Source of the DNA: Candidatus Omnitrophota bacterium
GTDB taxonomy: Bacteria > Omnitrophota > Gorgyraeia > Zapsychrales > Zapsychraceae
Assembly: GCA_050250375.1 (NCBI GenBank)
Contig: JBFWOS010000003.1
Location: 17,284-81,283 of the forward strand
Direction: 5' to 3'
Length of the DNA: 64,000 bases
The notes beneath the pieces were generated by a model. It was not told the origin of the DNA. It saw only the letters and a list, made by a program, of their open reading frames with translations, and ran no database searches. This document shows, in pieces, positions 8,834 to 18,411 of the stretch (the stretch's first letter is position 1; each line of letters begins with the position of its first letter). A program made the translations under genes and the position numbers.

Positions 8834-10960
8834 TTATTCAACAAAATATTTATCAAGAGTGCTTATCATTATTGCCGGCGTGATAATTTCAGGCAGAATA
8901 ACCTGGTCGCCTTGTTTCCCTTGTGGATACAAAACATATAGGGGAATACTGTTTTTTCCATATCCATTTAATGCCTTGGTAATTTCGGGATCCTGGTTTG
9001 TCCAATCGGCCTTGATTGGAATAATCCCGAGTTGTTCAAACCGGTTAATGACCTTCTGATTATAAAAAACCATTCGTTCATTGACCTGGCAGGACAAACA
9101 CCATGCAGCCGTAAAATCCAGAAATACAGGTTTGTTTTCCAAAAGATATTGATTAAGCCGGAAGGAATCAAAGGGCTCCCAATTAATCTCATTTCCGATT
9201 ATTTTCTTTTCACTTTGACTGTACACTAGTGATTTGCTAGCCGCCTGATAAGCACAATACAATCCCAGAGCACACAAAACAATGGCAAAAAACATTAAAC
9301 TTTTATTTTTATTTCGAATAAGATTGACCCAAATCGCCAATGCTAGAAATAATAAACCAATCAAAAGTAGAATTAATGCCTCGCTCCCACGCTGAACAGA
9401 TAAAACCCAACCTAACCAGATGACAACCGCCACCATGACAAATCCGAACAACTGTTTTAAATAAACCATCCATTGCCCTGGCTTAGGTACAAATTTAAGC
9501 AATTGGGGAAAACGGGTCAGCAGCAAGTAAGGAAAAGCCATACCCATTCCAACTGATGTAAATATAATAAAGGTATACACAGGAGGTTTGGTCAAAGCAA
9601 AACCGATTGCAGAACCCATGAACGGGGCTGTACACGGTGTAGCTACAACCGTGGCCAATACCCCATTTAGAAAGGCAAATTCTGTAGATTTTAATCGCGT
9701 AAGACCTGTTCCCATTTCAAATAGACCAAAAAGGTTTAACGCCAACAAAAAAAACAATATCGCCATCGAGACAACAAAATACGGGGACTGAAATTGATAC
9801 CCCCAACCTATTTGTTTGCCTAAAAGGCGTAATAGGAGCATGAACGCAGCCAACAGCCAGAAACTGACCAAGATTCCCAGTGTAAACTGGACCCCGTTGT
9901 TCAATAATTTCGAACCATCCACTCTGGATTTATCAACAAGACTTAAAATCTTAATTGTTAAGACAGGAAGGACGCACGGCATTAAATTAAGAATCAACCC
10001 TCCTAAAAAAGCAAAAATAATTGCAATGGGAATACCCATCGTATTTAATCCCGTCAATGTTTCATCCTTGTCTTTGACCGGATTATTCTGAGTAACCGGA
10101 ACATCAATCTCAACCGGATTAATCGAACCAAGATTTTTCTTAGAAAAAGCAAAAATCCCTCGGAAACGGTCCTTGCTTCCAGGTTGATAATTGAGAGATT
10201 TTTTTAAAATAATTTCATAGGTCTGATCTATGACTTTAACCTCGGGGAACGCAACGAAATCGACAATATTTTCGTCGTAAGGAAAAAAGTGAATCGAATC
10301 CATGCCTTCGATAAACTGAGATGGATTATAACGAACTATAAAATTATTTTGTGTTTGGCCAACAGAAATTGCATCCAAAACATCTCTGACCGGATATTGT
10401 GTTTTATGCCGGTTATAGTTGGCGTAATACCGCTGGTTTAAAGTCGGTGTTTCTTGAGTTACGGGTATTCGAATGGTAAAATGCGCAACACCTGGGATAC
10501 ATTCTTCCTTACAGGCCAACCAACTGACTTTAGCGGACAAGACGAGTTCATTTTGATTCTCAAAACTGGGCGGAGATTTTATTTCCGTCAATAAAAACGT
10601 CTCATGGTGATAGCCAAAGGTGACAAGCGGGCCGGCTTCAATCCTCTCGGGGACCGGCCAGATGATTTCTCCCGAATGAAACTCATTCGGTAATTGCCAC
10701 TGAATTTGAGGCGCTAAACCTGAATCGCCCGGGTTTCTCCAATAAACATGCCAATCTTTATCTGGAATAAAACTTAAACCAACCCAAAACGTTTGGCCTT
10801 CTTTGATCGTTTCAAATTGAGGAATAATCTCAACTAATGTATTGGCTAATTTTATCGGGTTGGTTTGCGAGAAAGCCGAGGGCGTAAAGGAACATACACA
10901 CAATATACCCAAAAAAAACTTTAATTTTTTTATCGCATACAATAATCGCTGTCCCATCAC
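8834..10960 (-). CDS. dsbD: Protein-disulfide reductase DsbD family
   Basis: WHVYWRNPGDSG and CKEECIPG N-domain; NLMPCVLP and ATPCTAPF membrane cysteines; FTAAWCLSC thioredoxin domain. Confidence 0.9.
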   Translation of the reverse strand: MMGQRLLYAIKKLKFFLGILCVCSFTPSAFSQTNPIKLANTLVEIIPQFETIKEGQTFWVGLSFIPDKDWHVYWRNPGDSGLAPQIQWQLPNEFHSGEIIWPVPERIEAGPLVTFGYHHETFLLTEIKSPPSFENQNELVLSAKVSWLACKEECIPGVAHFTIRIPVTQETPTLNQRYYANYNRHKTQYPVRDVLDAISVGQTQNNFIVRYNPSQFIEGMDSIHFFPYDENIVDFVAFPEVKVIDQTYEIILKKSLNYQPGSKDRFRGIFAFSKKNLGSINPVEIDVPVTQNNPVKDKDETLTGLNTMGIPIAIIFAFLGGLILNLMPCVLPVLTIKILSLVDKSRVDGSKLLNNGVQFTLGILVSFWLLAAFMLLLRLLGKQIGWGYQFQSPYFVVSMAILFFLLALNLFGLFEMGTGLTRLKSTEFAFLNGVLATVVATPCTAPFMGSAIGFALTKPPVYTFIIFTSVGMGMAFPYLLLTRFPQLLKFVPKPGQWMVYLKQLFGFVMVAVVIWLGWVLSVQRGSEALILLLIGLLFLALAIWVNLIRNKNKSLMFFAIVLCALGLYCAYQAASKSLVYSQSEKKIIGNEINWEPFDSFRLNQYLLENKPVFLDFTAAWCLSCQVNERMVFYNQKVINRFEQLGIIPIKADWTNQDPEITKALNGYGKNSIPLYVLYPQGKQGDQVILPEIITPAIMISTLDKYFVE

Positions 10961-11658
10961 CTATTTACCGTCATTAATCGACTGGTAATTACGCCGGGAA
11001 TATTCGGGAAGCGTTGTTTAAATGCTTGAATTGCTTCTTGGAATTCGTTTAGAATTGCAATTTCATATTCAAAACCAGGTTTTATCACGGGAACACCTCC
11101 CAATTTGATTCTTTCTTTAGTTCCAACCAGACGAAGAGTCCCTAAATAAGAAATTTGATCCGGGTTCACTTCAAAAGTGACATTAATTAATTCCGTTGCG
11201 GTTGTACCACCGACCGGAATTGACACAGAAGTAATTTTATATTGCCCAGCAGGTAATTCAATATAGAAATAACCCGGGTTTACAGTCCTGACGTTAAATG
11301 AAAACGGTTGCGCCGCTATTTTTTCTCCGATATGAAGTTCATATGTCCGGATCGGGTTTTTTATATCTACAATCTTTAGACGGACATAGCTGGTTTTTAG
11401 TACTCCTTCAAACCGGGTTTTAGCAAACACAATGCCGTTCTTTTCGATCGGCTCTTCCACTTCATCTTGAGGATCTTCATTAATTGGAATATCAATAGCG
11501 CTGCTTTGAACAACGGGTTCCTCGACTACAAATTGCTTTGTCTCATTATCAAAAGCTGGTGGGACAATCATTTCCGGTTCTGTCGTTGTTTGACTGAGAG
11601 TAGTCGTACAGCTGCACATAAACAAAACAATAATCAAAAACAGGAATTTTCTAAACAT
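10957..11658 (-). CDS. Hypothetical lipoprotein, beta-rich
   Basis: Signal peptide with MCSC lipobox-like motif; 4-nt overlap with the dsbD start. Confidence 0.7.
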   Translation of the reverse strand: MFRKFLFLIIVLFMCSCTTTLSQTTTEPEMIVPPAFDNETKQFVVEEPVVQSSAIDIPINEDPQDEVEEPIEKNGIVFAKTRFEGVLKTSYVRLKIVDIKNPIRTYELHIGEKIAAQPFSFNVRTVNPGYFYIELPAGQYKITSVSIPVGGTTATELINVTFEVNPDQISYLGTLRLVGTKERIKLGGVPVIKPGFEYEIAILNEFQEAIQAFKQRFPNIPGVITSRLMTVNR

Positions 11659-11761
11659 ATTAAGAGTATGTTAATAATTTTAACTTTAATTATGTGTAGT
11701 TTAACAAAGATGACCCATGACAATCAAGAACTTTATCATGAACAGGATGTTAGAGTTAAAA

Positions 11762-11791
11762 AAATAGCGGAAGGTTTCCCTTCCGCTATTT
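11762..11791 (-). terminator. Rho-independent terminator
   Basis: 13-bp perfect stem AAATAGCGGAAGG/CCTTCCGCTATTT with 4-nt loop and T-run on the minus strand, just after the 11813 stop. Confidence 0.85.
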
Positions 11792-11812
11792 AACCATTAA
11801 AACAGGCTCATT

Positions 11813-12169
11813 TTAAGTCAGAACCTCTGACTTTTTGGGGGAGAAAATCTTCTTCTTTTTCCAGACAATCTTGATATTCAGAGAATGGTGAAAATCAACG
11901 CGCATTAAAAACCGGTCATGGGACATATAAAAAGTTCCTTTGACCTGGAAACTGAATTTCTCAATTCTTTGCCGTGTATCAAAAAACTTTCTAATAAATA
12001 CTTCCGGCGGCGTAACTGGCTGCTCCGCTTCATTCATTTTTGAAACTTTGTAGAAAAACCCTTTTCGAACGACGGTTAAAGATTCTTGATCCTCTGACTT
12101 TGAAATAATATGTAGAAATTTAGTACCTCTTTTTAGGTCTTTATTCCTCTTAAAACAAATTTTCTTCAT
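11813..12169 (-). CDS. Hypothetical basic protein (118 aa)
   Basis: TAAGGA RBS upstream and own terminator downstream; no motif recognised. Confidence 0.65.
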   Translation of the reverse strand: MKKICFKRNKDLKRGTKFLHIISKSEDQESLTVVRKGFFYKVSKMNEAEQPVTPPEVFIRKFFDTRQRIEKFSFQVKGTFYMSHDRFLMRVDFHHSLNIKIVWKKKKIFSPKKSEVLT

Positions 12170-12416
12170 TATTTTCCTTATTTTGATTCAACCCATTCAT
12201 TTGGCTTGAACATTCAAAGTATAACATTCTCACTTACTTCCACAATACATCGGCCCAATAAACAGGAAAACGTTATCTTTCCCCTTCTTCGACGGGGATT
12301 ATATAGCGCAATGTGTTGTGAAAAAAATATCAATTTAACGTAAAGATTATTGAAGAGAAATCGGGAAATAACAGGAAGCGATCTGATGTTCTTCTAAAAT
12401 ATTGGGGAATAATAAC

Positions 12417-13049
12417 TTATGACTTCTTTGAAGGTAAAAAACCGGGAACCCTTGGTTCCTTTCCAGCCAATAAACGTGCAATATTTGGCTTATGCCGGTA
12501 AATGATAAATACGCCAAATATGAGCCCCAAAACCCTGATTTCAGCCGGCTGGCTGGTAAGAAACATTAAAAACGGAAGACTGACTGCGGCAATTATGGAA
12601 GATAATGAAACAATGCGGGAAAATATAAAAACCACCAGGAAAATGCCTAAAGTAAGAATTAACACCGGAATTATAGTCGGAATCCTGTAGGTCAACCCAA
12701 TCAAAACTCCGAGGCTGGTCGCTACACCTTTTCCTCCCTTAAAACGTAAAAATATCGTGTAATTATGCCCCGCAACCACGGCAACACTCAATATAACTCG
12801 TTCCCATACAAATATCAGGCCCAAAATCTCGGAAACAATACCCACAATCCAGAAACCTTTATAAATATCGAGAAGAAGGACAATAATCCCGGGCATTTTA
12901 CCCAACACGCGAAAAACATTAGTAGCCCCAACATTTCCCGAACCATGCTGACGGATATCAATCCCCTTTAGGAGCTTCCCAAAAATATATGCCGTGGGGA
13001 TTGAGCCGATCAAATAACTGATAATAATGCCAATGGTTAAAACGATCAT
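12417..13049 (-). CDS. plsY: Glycerol-3-phosphate acyltransferase PlsY
   Basis: GSGNVGATNVFR, FKGGKGVAT, RHKPNIARL. Confidence 0.95.
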   Translation of the reverse strand: MIVLTIGIIISYLIGSIPTAYIFGKLLKGIDIRQHGSGNVGATNVFRVLGKMPGIIVLLLDIYKGFWIVGIVSEILGLIFVWERVILSVAVVAGHNYTIFLRFKGGKGVATSLGVLIGLTYRIPTIIPVLILTLGIFLVVFIFSRIVSLSSIIAAVSLPFLMFLTSQPAEIRVLGLIFGVFIIYRHKPNIARLLAGKEPRVPGFLPSKKS

Positions 13050-13061
13050 ATAAAGATGTAA

Positions 13062-13418
13062 TTATTCTTCGTCAAGCCATAATAACTTAGCACCTGTCTC
13101 AGGATCAATCTGCAAATGCCCCGCATAACGTTTGCCTGTAACCGGGGAATATTTCATACGTACTGGCTGAGACACAGAATTGGCAATGGATTCAACCGCC
13201 GATATCGCTTCCGGATCTTCCTTTAATTGTTTCTCAAGATTCTTTTTTTCTTGTTCAGTCAGCGGTTTTCCGGTGACAGCCTCAGCGATTGAACCGATAG
13301 CTTCCTGACTCTGGTTCAAGTATTCGAGTTGTCCTTTTTTGGCTTTAATTGTCTGGCAACCGTTGAAAAAAAGGACGCTTAGAAAAACGTAAACATTTAA
13401 ATATTTTTTGGGGATCAT
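13062..13418 (-). CDS. Hypothetical lipoprotein
   Basis: Lipobox FNGC; translationally coupled to lepB. Confidence 0.7.
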   Translation of the reverse strand: MIPKKYLNVYVFLSVLFFNGCQTIKAKKGQLEYLNQSQEAIGSIAEAVTGKPLTEQEKKNLEKQLKEDPEAISAVESIANSVSQPVRMKYSPVTGKRYAGHLQIDPETGAKLLWLDEE

Positions 13419-14011
13419 TCAAGTATTCGGATACGATTAAACGGCCAATAAATAAGTTCGGCCCGGCCGATTATATTTTCAACAGGCACAAAACCCCAAT
13501 ACCGGCTATCATGACTAGACTGGCTGTTGTCCCCTAATACAAATACATACCCTTCCGGAACAACGATTGGATGGCCTTCTTCCCCATAAGGGCCGCTGTT
13601 ATAATAAAAAAAATTCTTAATCCTGGGCTCCATAATTAACTGATTGTTAATATATACATCCCCTTCCTTAATCTCAATTGTTTCACCGCCCAAGGCAATC
13701 AATCGCTTAATAAAATCCCGTTTAGGATCATCGGGATAAACAAAAACGATAATGTCCCCGCGTTTTGGTTCTGAAAAACCGGGAAAGCGTTTATTCGAAA
13801 ATGGAATCTTGGAACCATACCGTAATTTATTGACCATTAAACGGTCACCTTCAATAAGAGTCATGCGCATCGATCCGCTCGGAATTTTAAAAGCCTGAAG
13901 GAAAAATGTCCGGATGATCATCGCCAGGATAAACGCAATGACAATCGATTCTGTCCATTCCCTGACCGGTGAATTCTTTGACCAAATGCTCTTTTTTTCA
14001 GGTTCTTTCAT
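13415..14011 (-). CDS. lepB: Signal peptidase I
   Basis: IPSGSM, DFIKR, GDNSQSSHDSRYWG. Confidence 0.95.
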   Translation of the reverse strand: MKEPEKKSIWSKNSPVREWTESIVIAFILAMIIRTFFLQAFKIPSGSMRMTLIEGDRLMVNKLRYGSKIPFSNKRFPGFSEPKRGDIIVFVYPDDPKRDFIKRLIALGGETIEIKEGDVYINNQLIMEPRIKNFFYYNSGPYGEEGHPIVVPEGYVFVLGDNSQSSHDSRYWGFVPVENIIGRAELIYWPFNRIRILE

Positions 14012-15798
14012 AATTTTAAAGCGGCTGAAAAAGCCTCTTGCGGAAGTTCAACATTACCAATCTGCTTCATCTTCTTCTTACCTTCTTTTTGTTTCTCCCA
14101 CAGCTTCCTCTTTCGGGTAATATCACCACCATAACATTTCGCCGTCACATTTTTCCCGACCGCTTTCACGCTGGCACTGGAGATAATTCTCCCGTCACAT
14201 GTCGCCTGAACCCTGACTTCGAATAACTGCTGAGGAATAAGTTCTTTAAGTTTAGTGACGAGCGCCAATCCTTTTTCATAGGAACGTTCTTTATGAACTA
14301 AGAAAGAAAATGCATCACAAATCTTGCCGTTGATTAATATATCAAGTTTTGAAACCATTGTGGGTAAATATCCTTTAAATTTGTAATCAATGGAGCCATA
14401 CCCTTTTGTGATCGATTTGATCGTATCATTAAAATCGACAATAACTTCTGACAAGGGGATATCAAACAATATTTTCATCCGGTCCGATACGTATTCGCTG
14501 CTGACATACGTCCCGCGTTTACGTTTGGCAAGTTCCATAACACCATCCATATAAGCCACCGGAGTCATGATCGTTACGGTCAATACCGGTTCTTCAACGC
14601 GAGCGTAAGAACCGGCATCGGGTAAGTCGTTCGGGCTTTCGATCTGAATAACCCTTTCATCCTTAAATACAATCTGATACTTGACATTGGGCGTGGTCAG
14701 GATCAAATTAAGATCATATTCCCGTTGCAACCGTTCCTGGACAATTTCCATATGAAGCAGTCCAAGAAAGCCGCAACGAAAACCATGCCCAAACGATTGG
14801 GACGTCTCCGGTTCGTAAACAAAGCTTGGGTCATTCAACCGCAATTTCTCAATCGATTCGCGCAGATTCATAAAGTCTTTGGAATTGACGGGATAGACTC
14901 CACAAAATACCAACGGATTCAAGATACGGTACCCCGGTAATGGTTTGGCGACAGGATTATCAGGATCTGTGATTGTATCCCCCACCCGTACGTCCCTTGG
15001 CTCATGAATATTGCAAGTGATATATCCGACTTCACCTGCGGTCAAGTTCCTCATCTTCATAATTTCCGGGATAAAAACTCCAACTTCTTCAATCGTAAAC
15101 TGTTTGTCCATGTGCATCATTCTGATCTTCATTCCCGGCTGCAGTTCACCGTTATATAACCGGACATAAATAATAATCCCCTTATACATGTCGTACTTCA
15201 TATCAAAAATCAGGGCCTCAAGAGGGGCCTCATCCTTGCCTTCAGGTGCGGGAATAAATTCAATAATCTTTTCAAACAACCCACTAATGTTGGTCCCTTC
15301 TTTAGCAGAAACGCACTGGATGTCTTTATCGTCAAACCCAAAGACTTCCATCAGCTGAAGTTTTGTATGATCCAGATCAATATTAGCCAGGTCAATTTTA
15401 TTAATGACCGGCAAGATCTCAAGATTGTTATCGATGGCCAAATAATAATTGGCAACCGTTTGGGACTCTACCCCCTGTGAAACGTCGCTGATCAGCAAAG
15501 CGCCTTCACAAGCGCGAAGGGATTTCTCAACTTCATATGAAAAATCGACGTGTCCCGGGGTATCAATTAAATTAAAGATGTATTCTTTGCCGTCTTTAGC
15601 CTTGTAGGACAATCTTACGGCCGACGCTTTAATTGTAATCCCCCGTTCACGCTCAAGATCCATGTCATCAAGCAATTGATTTTTAAATTTTCTTTCATCA
15701 ATAGCTCCCGTCGTCAATAAAAGCCTGTCGGCCAGGGTTGATTTCCCATGGTCAATATGAGCGATGATTGAAAAATTACGAATTAATGATTTATCCAT
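14008..15798 (-). CDS. lepA: Elongation factor 4
   Basis: IRNFSIIAHIDHGKSTLADR, GFRCGFLGLLH, KCYGGDITRKRKL. Confidence 0.98.
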   Translation of the reverse strand: MDKSLIRNFSIIAHIDHGKSTLADRLLLTTGAIDERKFKNQLLDDMDLERERGITIKASAVRLSYKAKDGKEYIFNLIDTPGHVDFSYEVEKSLRACEGALLISDVSQGVESQTVANYYLAIDNNLEILPVINKIDLANIDLDHTKLQLMEVFGFDDKDIQCVSAKEGTNISGLFEKIIEFIPAPEGKDEAPLEALIFDMKYDMYKGIIIYVRLYNGELQPGMKIRMMHMDKQFTIEEVGVFIPEIMKMRNLTAGEVGYITCNIHEPRDVRVGDTITDPDNPVAKPLPGYRILNPLVFCGVYPVNSKDFMNLRESIEKLRLNDPSFVYEPETSQSFGHGFRCGFLGLLHMEIVQERLQREYDLNLILTTPNVKYQIVFKDERVIQIESPNDLPDAGSYARVEEPVLTVTIMTPVAYMDGVMELAKRKRGTYVSSEYVSDRMKILFDIPLSEVIVDFNDTIKSITKGYGSIDYKFKGYLPTMVSKLDILINGKICDAFSFLVHKERSYEKGLALVTKLKELIPQQLFEVRVQATCDGRIISSASVKAVGKNVTAKCYGGDITRKRKLWEKQKEGKKKMKQIGNVELPQEAFSAALKL

Positions 15799-16462
15799 GT
15801 TTAATCACCTGAAGCATCCTGTCGACTACTTCCTGAATACTTAAATTAGTTGAATCAATGACGACAGCATCATCTGCCTTGCATAATGGGCCGGTTTCCC
15901 GCTCCATATCCTTTTGATCACGTTGAGCAATATCCATGGTTAATTGATTCTCATCGATTAATTTCCCTTGTCCCTGGATTTCTTTCAGCCGTCTCTGGGT
16001 TCGCTCATTAATATCTGCATCGAGATAGAACTTGTAATCCGCTTTTGGAAAAACGACTGTCCCGATATCCCGCCCTTCCATGACGATGCTTTGTCCATCA
16101 GCGATTTTTCTCTGCCAGTTTACGACGATCGTTCTAACACTTGGGCAATTGGCTATATATTTTGTATTATTGGTGACCATTAACGTCCTAATATCTTCCG
16201 TTACCTCTTTGCCATCCAAGAAAATCTTTTGTTGCCCTGAAGAAAATTCCATCTCAAGATTACATTTTTCTGCAATAACAGCTAACTCCTCTTCCCTGGC
16301 TAAATCTGCTCCCGATTGCAACGCCTTTAAAGTAACAGCCCGGTACATTGCCCCTGTATCAAGGTAAGATATATTTAATTCTTTCGCCAGCCGTTTAGCG
16401 ATCGTACTTTTCCCGGCTCCGGCCGGTCCATCAATAGCTATAATTATACTTTTTTGAGTCAT
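15791..16462 (-). CDS. cmk: Cytidylate kinase
   Basis: IAIDGPAGAGKST, YLDTGAMYR, MEGRDIGTVVFP. Confidence 0.97.
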   Translation of the reverse strand: MTQKSIIIAIDGPAGAGKSTIAKRLAKELNISYLDTGAMYRAVTLKALQSGADLAREEELAVIAEKCNLEMEFSSGQQKIFLDGKEVTEDIRTLMVTNNTKYIANCPSVRTIVVNWQRKIADGQSIVMEGRDIGTVVFPKADYKFYLDADINERTQRRLKEIQGQGKLIDENQLTMDIAQRDQKDMERETGPLCKADDAVVIDSTNLSIQEVVDRMLQVIKHG

Positions 16463-16521
16463 GGATATAAATTCAAGACCGGTTTATATCCGGAGGTTGA
16501 GTTTTAATTCTACGGTCAGAA

Positions 16522-17379
16522 TTAAGCGATGCTGTCCCGCTTTTCTTTGGCTGTTGTGAAATGTTTGACCAATTCTTTTTCATCCCGATTGATCATAGCC
16601 AATCTCAGCTGAGAAAGGCATTCAATCAGTTCATCCAGGGATTTGACGACATTTTTTACATTTGATATACAGATATCATTCCACATCTTAGGTGAGGATG
16701 CCGCAATGCGGGTTGTATCCTTTAATCCCTGCGTTGCCAATTCAAGATATTGATTAGGAATTGATTCCATCAAACCGAAAGCCATAAGATGCGGCAAATG
16801 ACTTATGTACGCCAAGCTGTCATCGTGCGCCGCTGGATTTAAGATTTTAACTTCAGCCCCCACCCTGGACCACAACTGTTTGACTTTCTCCCTGGTCACT
16901 TGGCCGGTTTTCTTCGTTGGGGTCATAATACACAGAGCACCCTCAAACAAATTATCCTTCGCATGGTCGACCCCTTTCTTTTCAGAACCGACCAATGGAT
17001 GACTCCCAACAAAATTACCCGGAAAAGGAAGGATTTCTTCGGCTGCCTCAACGATCTCATTTTTGGTGCTTCCGACATCCGTAATAATCGTTCCTCTCTT
17101 GATATGCGGCTGTATTGTCTTTAATAATTTGATAATATCATCCACCGGTGTGGCCAAGACGATTAAATCGGCTGCCTGTACGGCCTTCTTAACATCCGTC
17201 ATGCCAATGTCTATAGCCTTATTTGCCAAGGCCGTATCTAAAGAAGCCTGGCGGTGTGATAATCCTGTTACTTCTTTCACCAGATTATTTTTCTTTAGCG
17301 CGAGGCCTAAGGATCCGCCCATCAACCCGACACCTATAATGGTTACTTTTCTGAAAATATTATTTGAACGTCCAATCAT
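16522..17379 (-). CDS. tyrA: Prephenate/arogenate dehydrogenase
   Basis: GVGLMGGS, TDVGSTK, SHPLVGSE, SHLPH, DTTRIAAS. Confidence 0.93.
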   Translation of the reverse strand: MIGRSNNIFRKVTIIGVGLMGGSLGLALKKNNLVKEVTGLSHRQASLDTALANKAIDIGMTDVKKAVQAADLIVLATPVDDIIKLLKTIQPHIKRGTIITDVGSTKNEIVEAAEEILPFPGNFVGSHPLVGSEKKGVDHAKDNLFEGALCIMTPTKKTGQVTREKVKQLWSRVGAEVKILNPAAHDDSLAYISHLPHLMAFGLMESIPNQYLELATQGLKDTTRIAASSPKMWNDICISNVKNVVKSLDELIECLSQLRLAMINRDEKELVKHFTTAKEKRDSIA

Positions 17380-17394
17380 AATTCTCTCACTTTG

Positions 17395-18411
17395 TTAAAG
17401 TTCTCTTGAAACAGCCTGAGCCACTAATTTTAATTCCTGCATTAAAACCTTAAATTTGTCTGGAACCAACGATTGTTCTCCGTCTGAAAATGCTTCTTTT
17501 GGATTTTGGTGGACCTCTACCATCAGTCCATCACACCCTGCGGCAACGGCCGCTTTTGCCGCCGGGGCCACTAGTCCCCACCGCCCGGTCGCATGACTTG
17601 GATCCACCAATATAGGCAGATGGGATAACTGTTTAACGACGGCCACCGCGTTGATATCCAGGGTGTTTCTCGTCGCCGTCTCAAACGTCCGGATGCCGCG
17701 CTCACAAAAGATTACATTGAAATTGCCGTTGGCCAGGATATATTCGGCTGACATAAGCCACTCCTTGATGGTCGCACTCATTCCCCGTTTAAGCAGGACT
17801 GTCTTTTTTGTTTTGCCAATTTCTTTAAGCAGCGCAAAATTCTGCATATTTCTCGCTCCAACCTGCAATATATCCACATAGCGGCAAATTAAATCCAAAT
17901 CCCTGGGATCCATCACTTCGGTCACGGTCGCCAGCTGATTGGCTGCTCCGGCATCCTTGAGGATTTTCAAACCTTCTTCTCCCAAACCTTGGAAATCGTA
18001 CGGGGATGTCCTGGGTTTAAATGCCCCTCCCCTGAGAATAGTGCCGCCGGCCTCTTTGACAGAACGCGCGACGCGCAACATCCGATCGTGGTCTTCAACA
18101 GAACATGGCCCGGCCATAACATGCAGCTTTTTCGAACCTACCTGAATTGTGTCATTAATACGGATGATTGAATCCTCTGGCTGATATTCACGAGAAACCA
18201 ACCGGTAGGGTGCCAACACGGGAATCACTTTCTCGACCCCCTCAAATGCCTCCAGAGGCGTGACCTGAAGGATTTCTTCCGGACCGATTAAGCCGACAAT
18301 GGTCCTTTCAATCCCTTTAGAAACATTAGTTTTTAAACCGAGTTTCTCCGCTTTTAGCAGGATTTGGTCTATCTGCTCCTGGGATGCATCCGGCCTAAAA
18401 ACAACAATCAT
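17395..18411 (-). CDS. aroF: DAHP synthase class I-beta with N-terminal regulatory domain
   Basis: AGPCSVE, RGGAFKPRTSPY, QVGARNMQN, DPSHATG. Confidence 0.95.
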   Translation of the reverse strand: MIVVFRPDASQEQIDQILLKAEKLGLKTNVSKGIERTIVGLIGPEEILQVTPLEAFEGVEKVIPVLAPYRLVSREYQPEDSIIRINDTIQVGSKKLHVMAGPCSVEDHDRMLRVARSVKEAGGTILRGGAFKPRTSPYDFQGLGEEGLKILKDAGAANQLATVTEVMDPRDLDLICRYVDILQVGARNMQNFALLKEIGKTKKTVLLKRGMSATIKEWLMSAEYILANGNFNVIFCERGIRTFETATRNTLDINAVAVVKQLSHLPILVDPSHATGRWGLVAPAAKAAVAAGCDGLMVEVHQNPKEAFSDGEQSLVPDKFKVLMQELKLVAQAVSREL

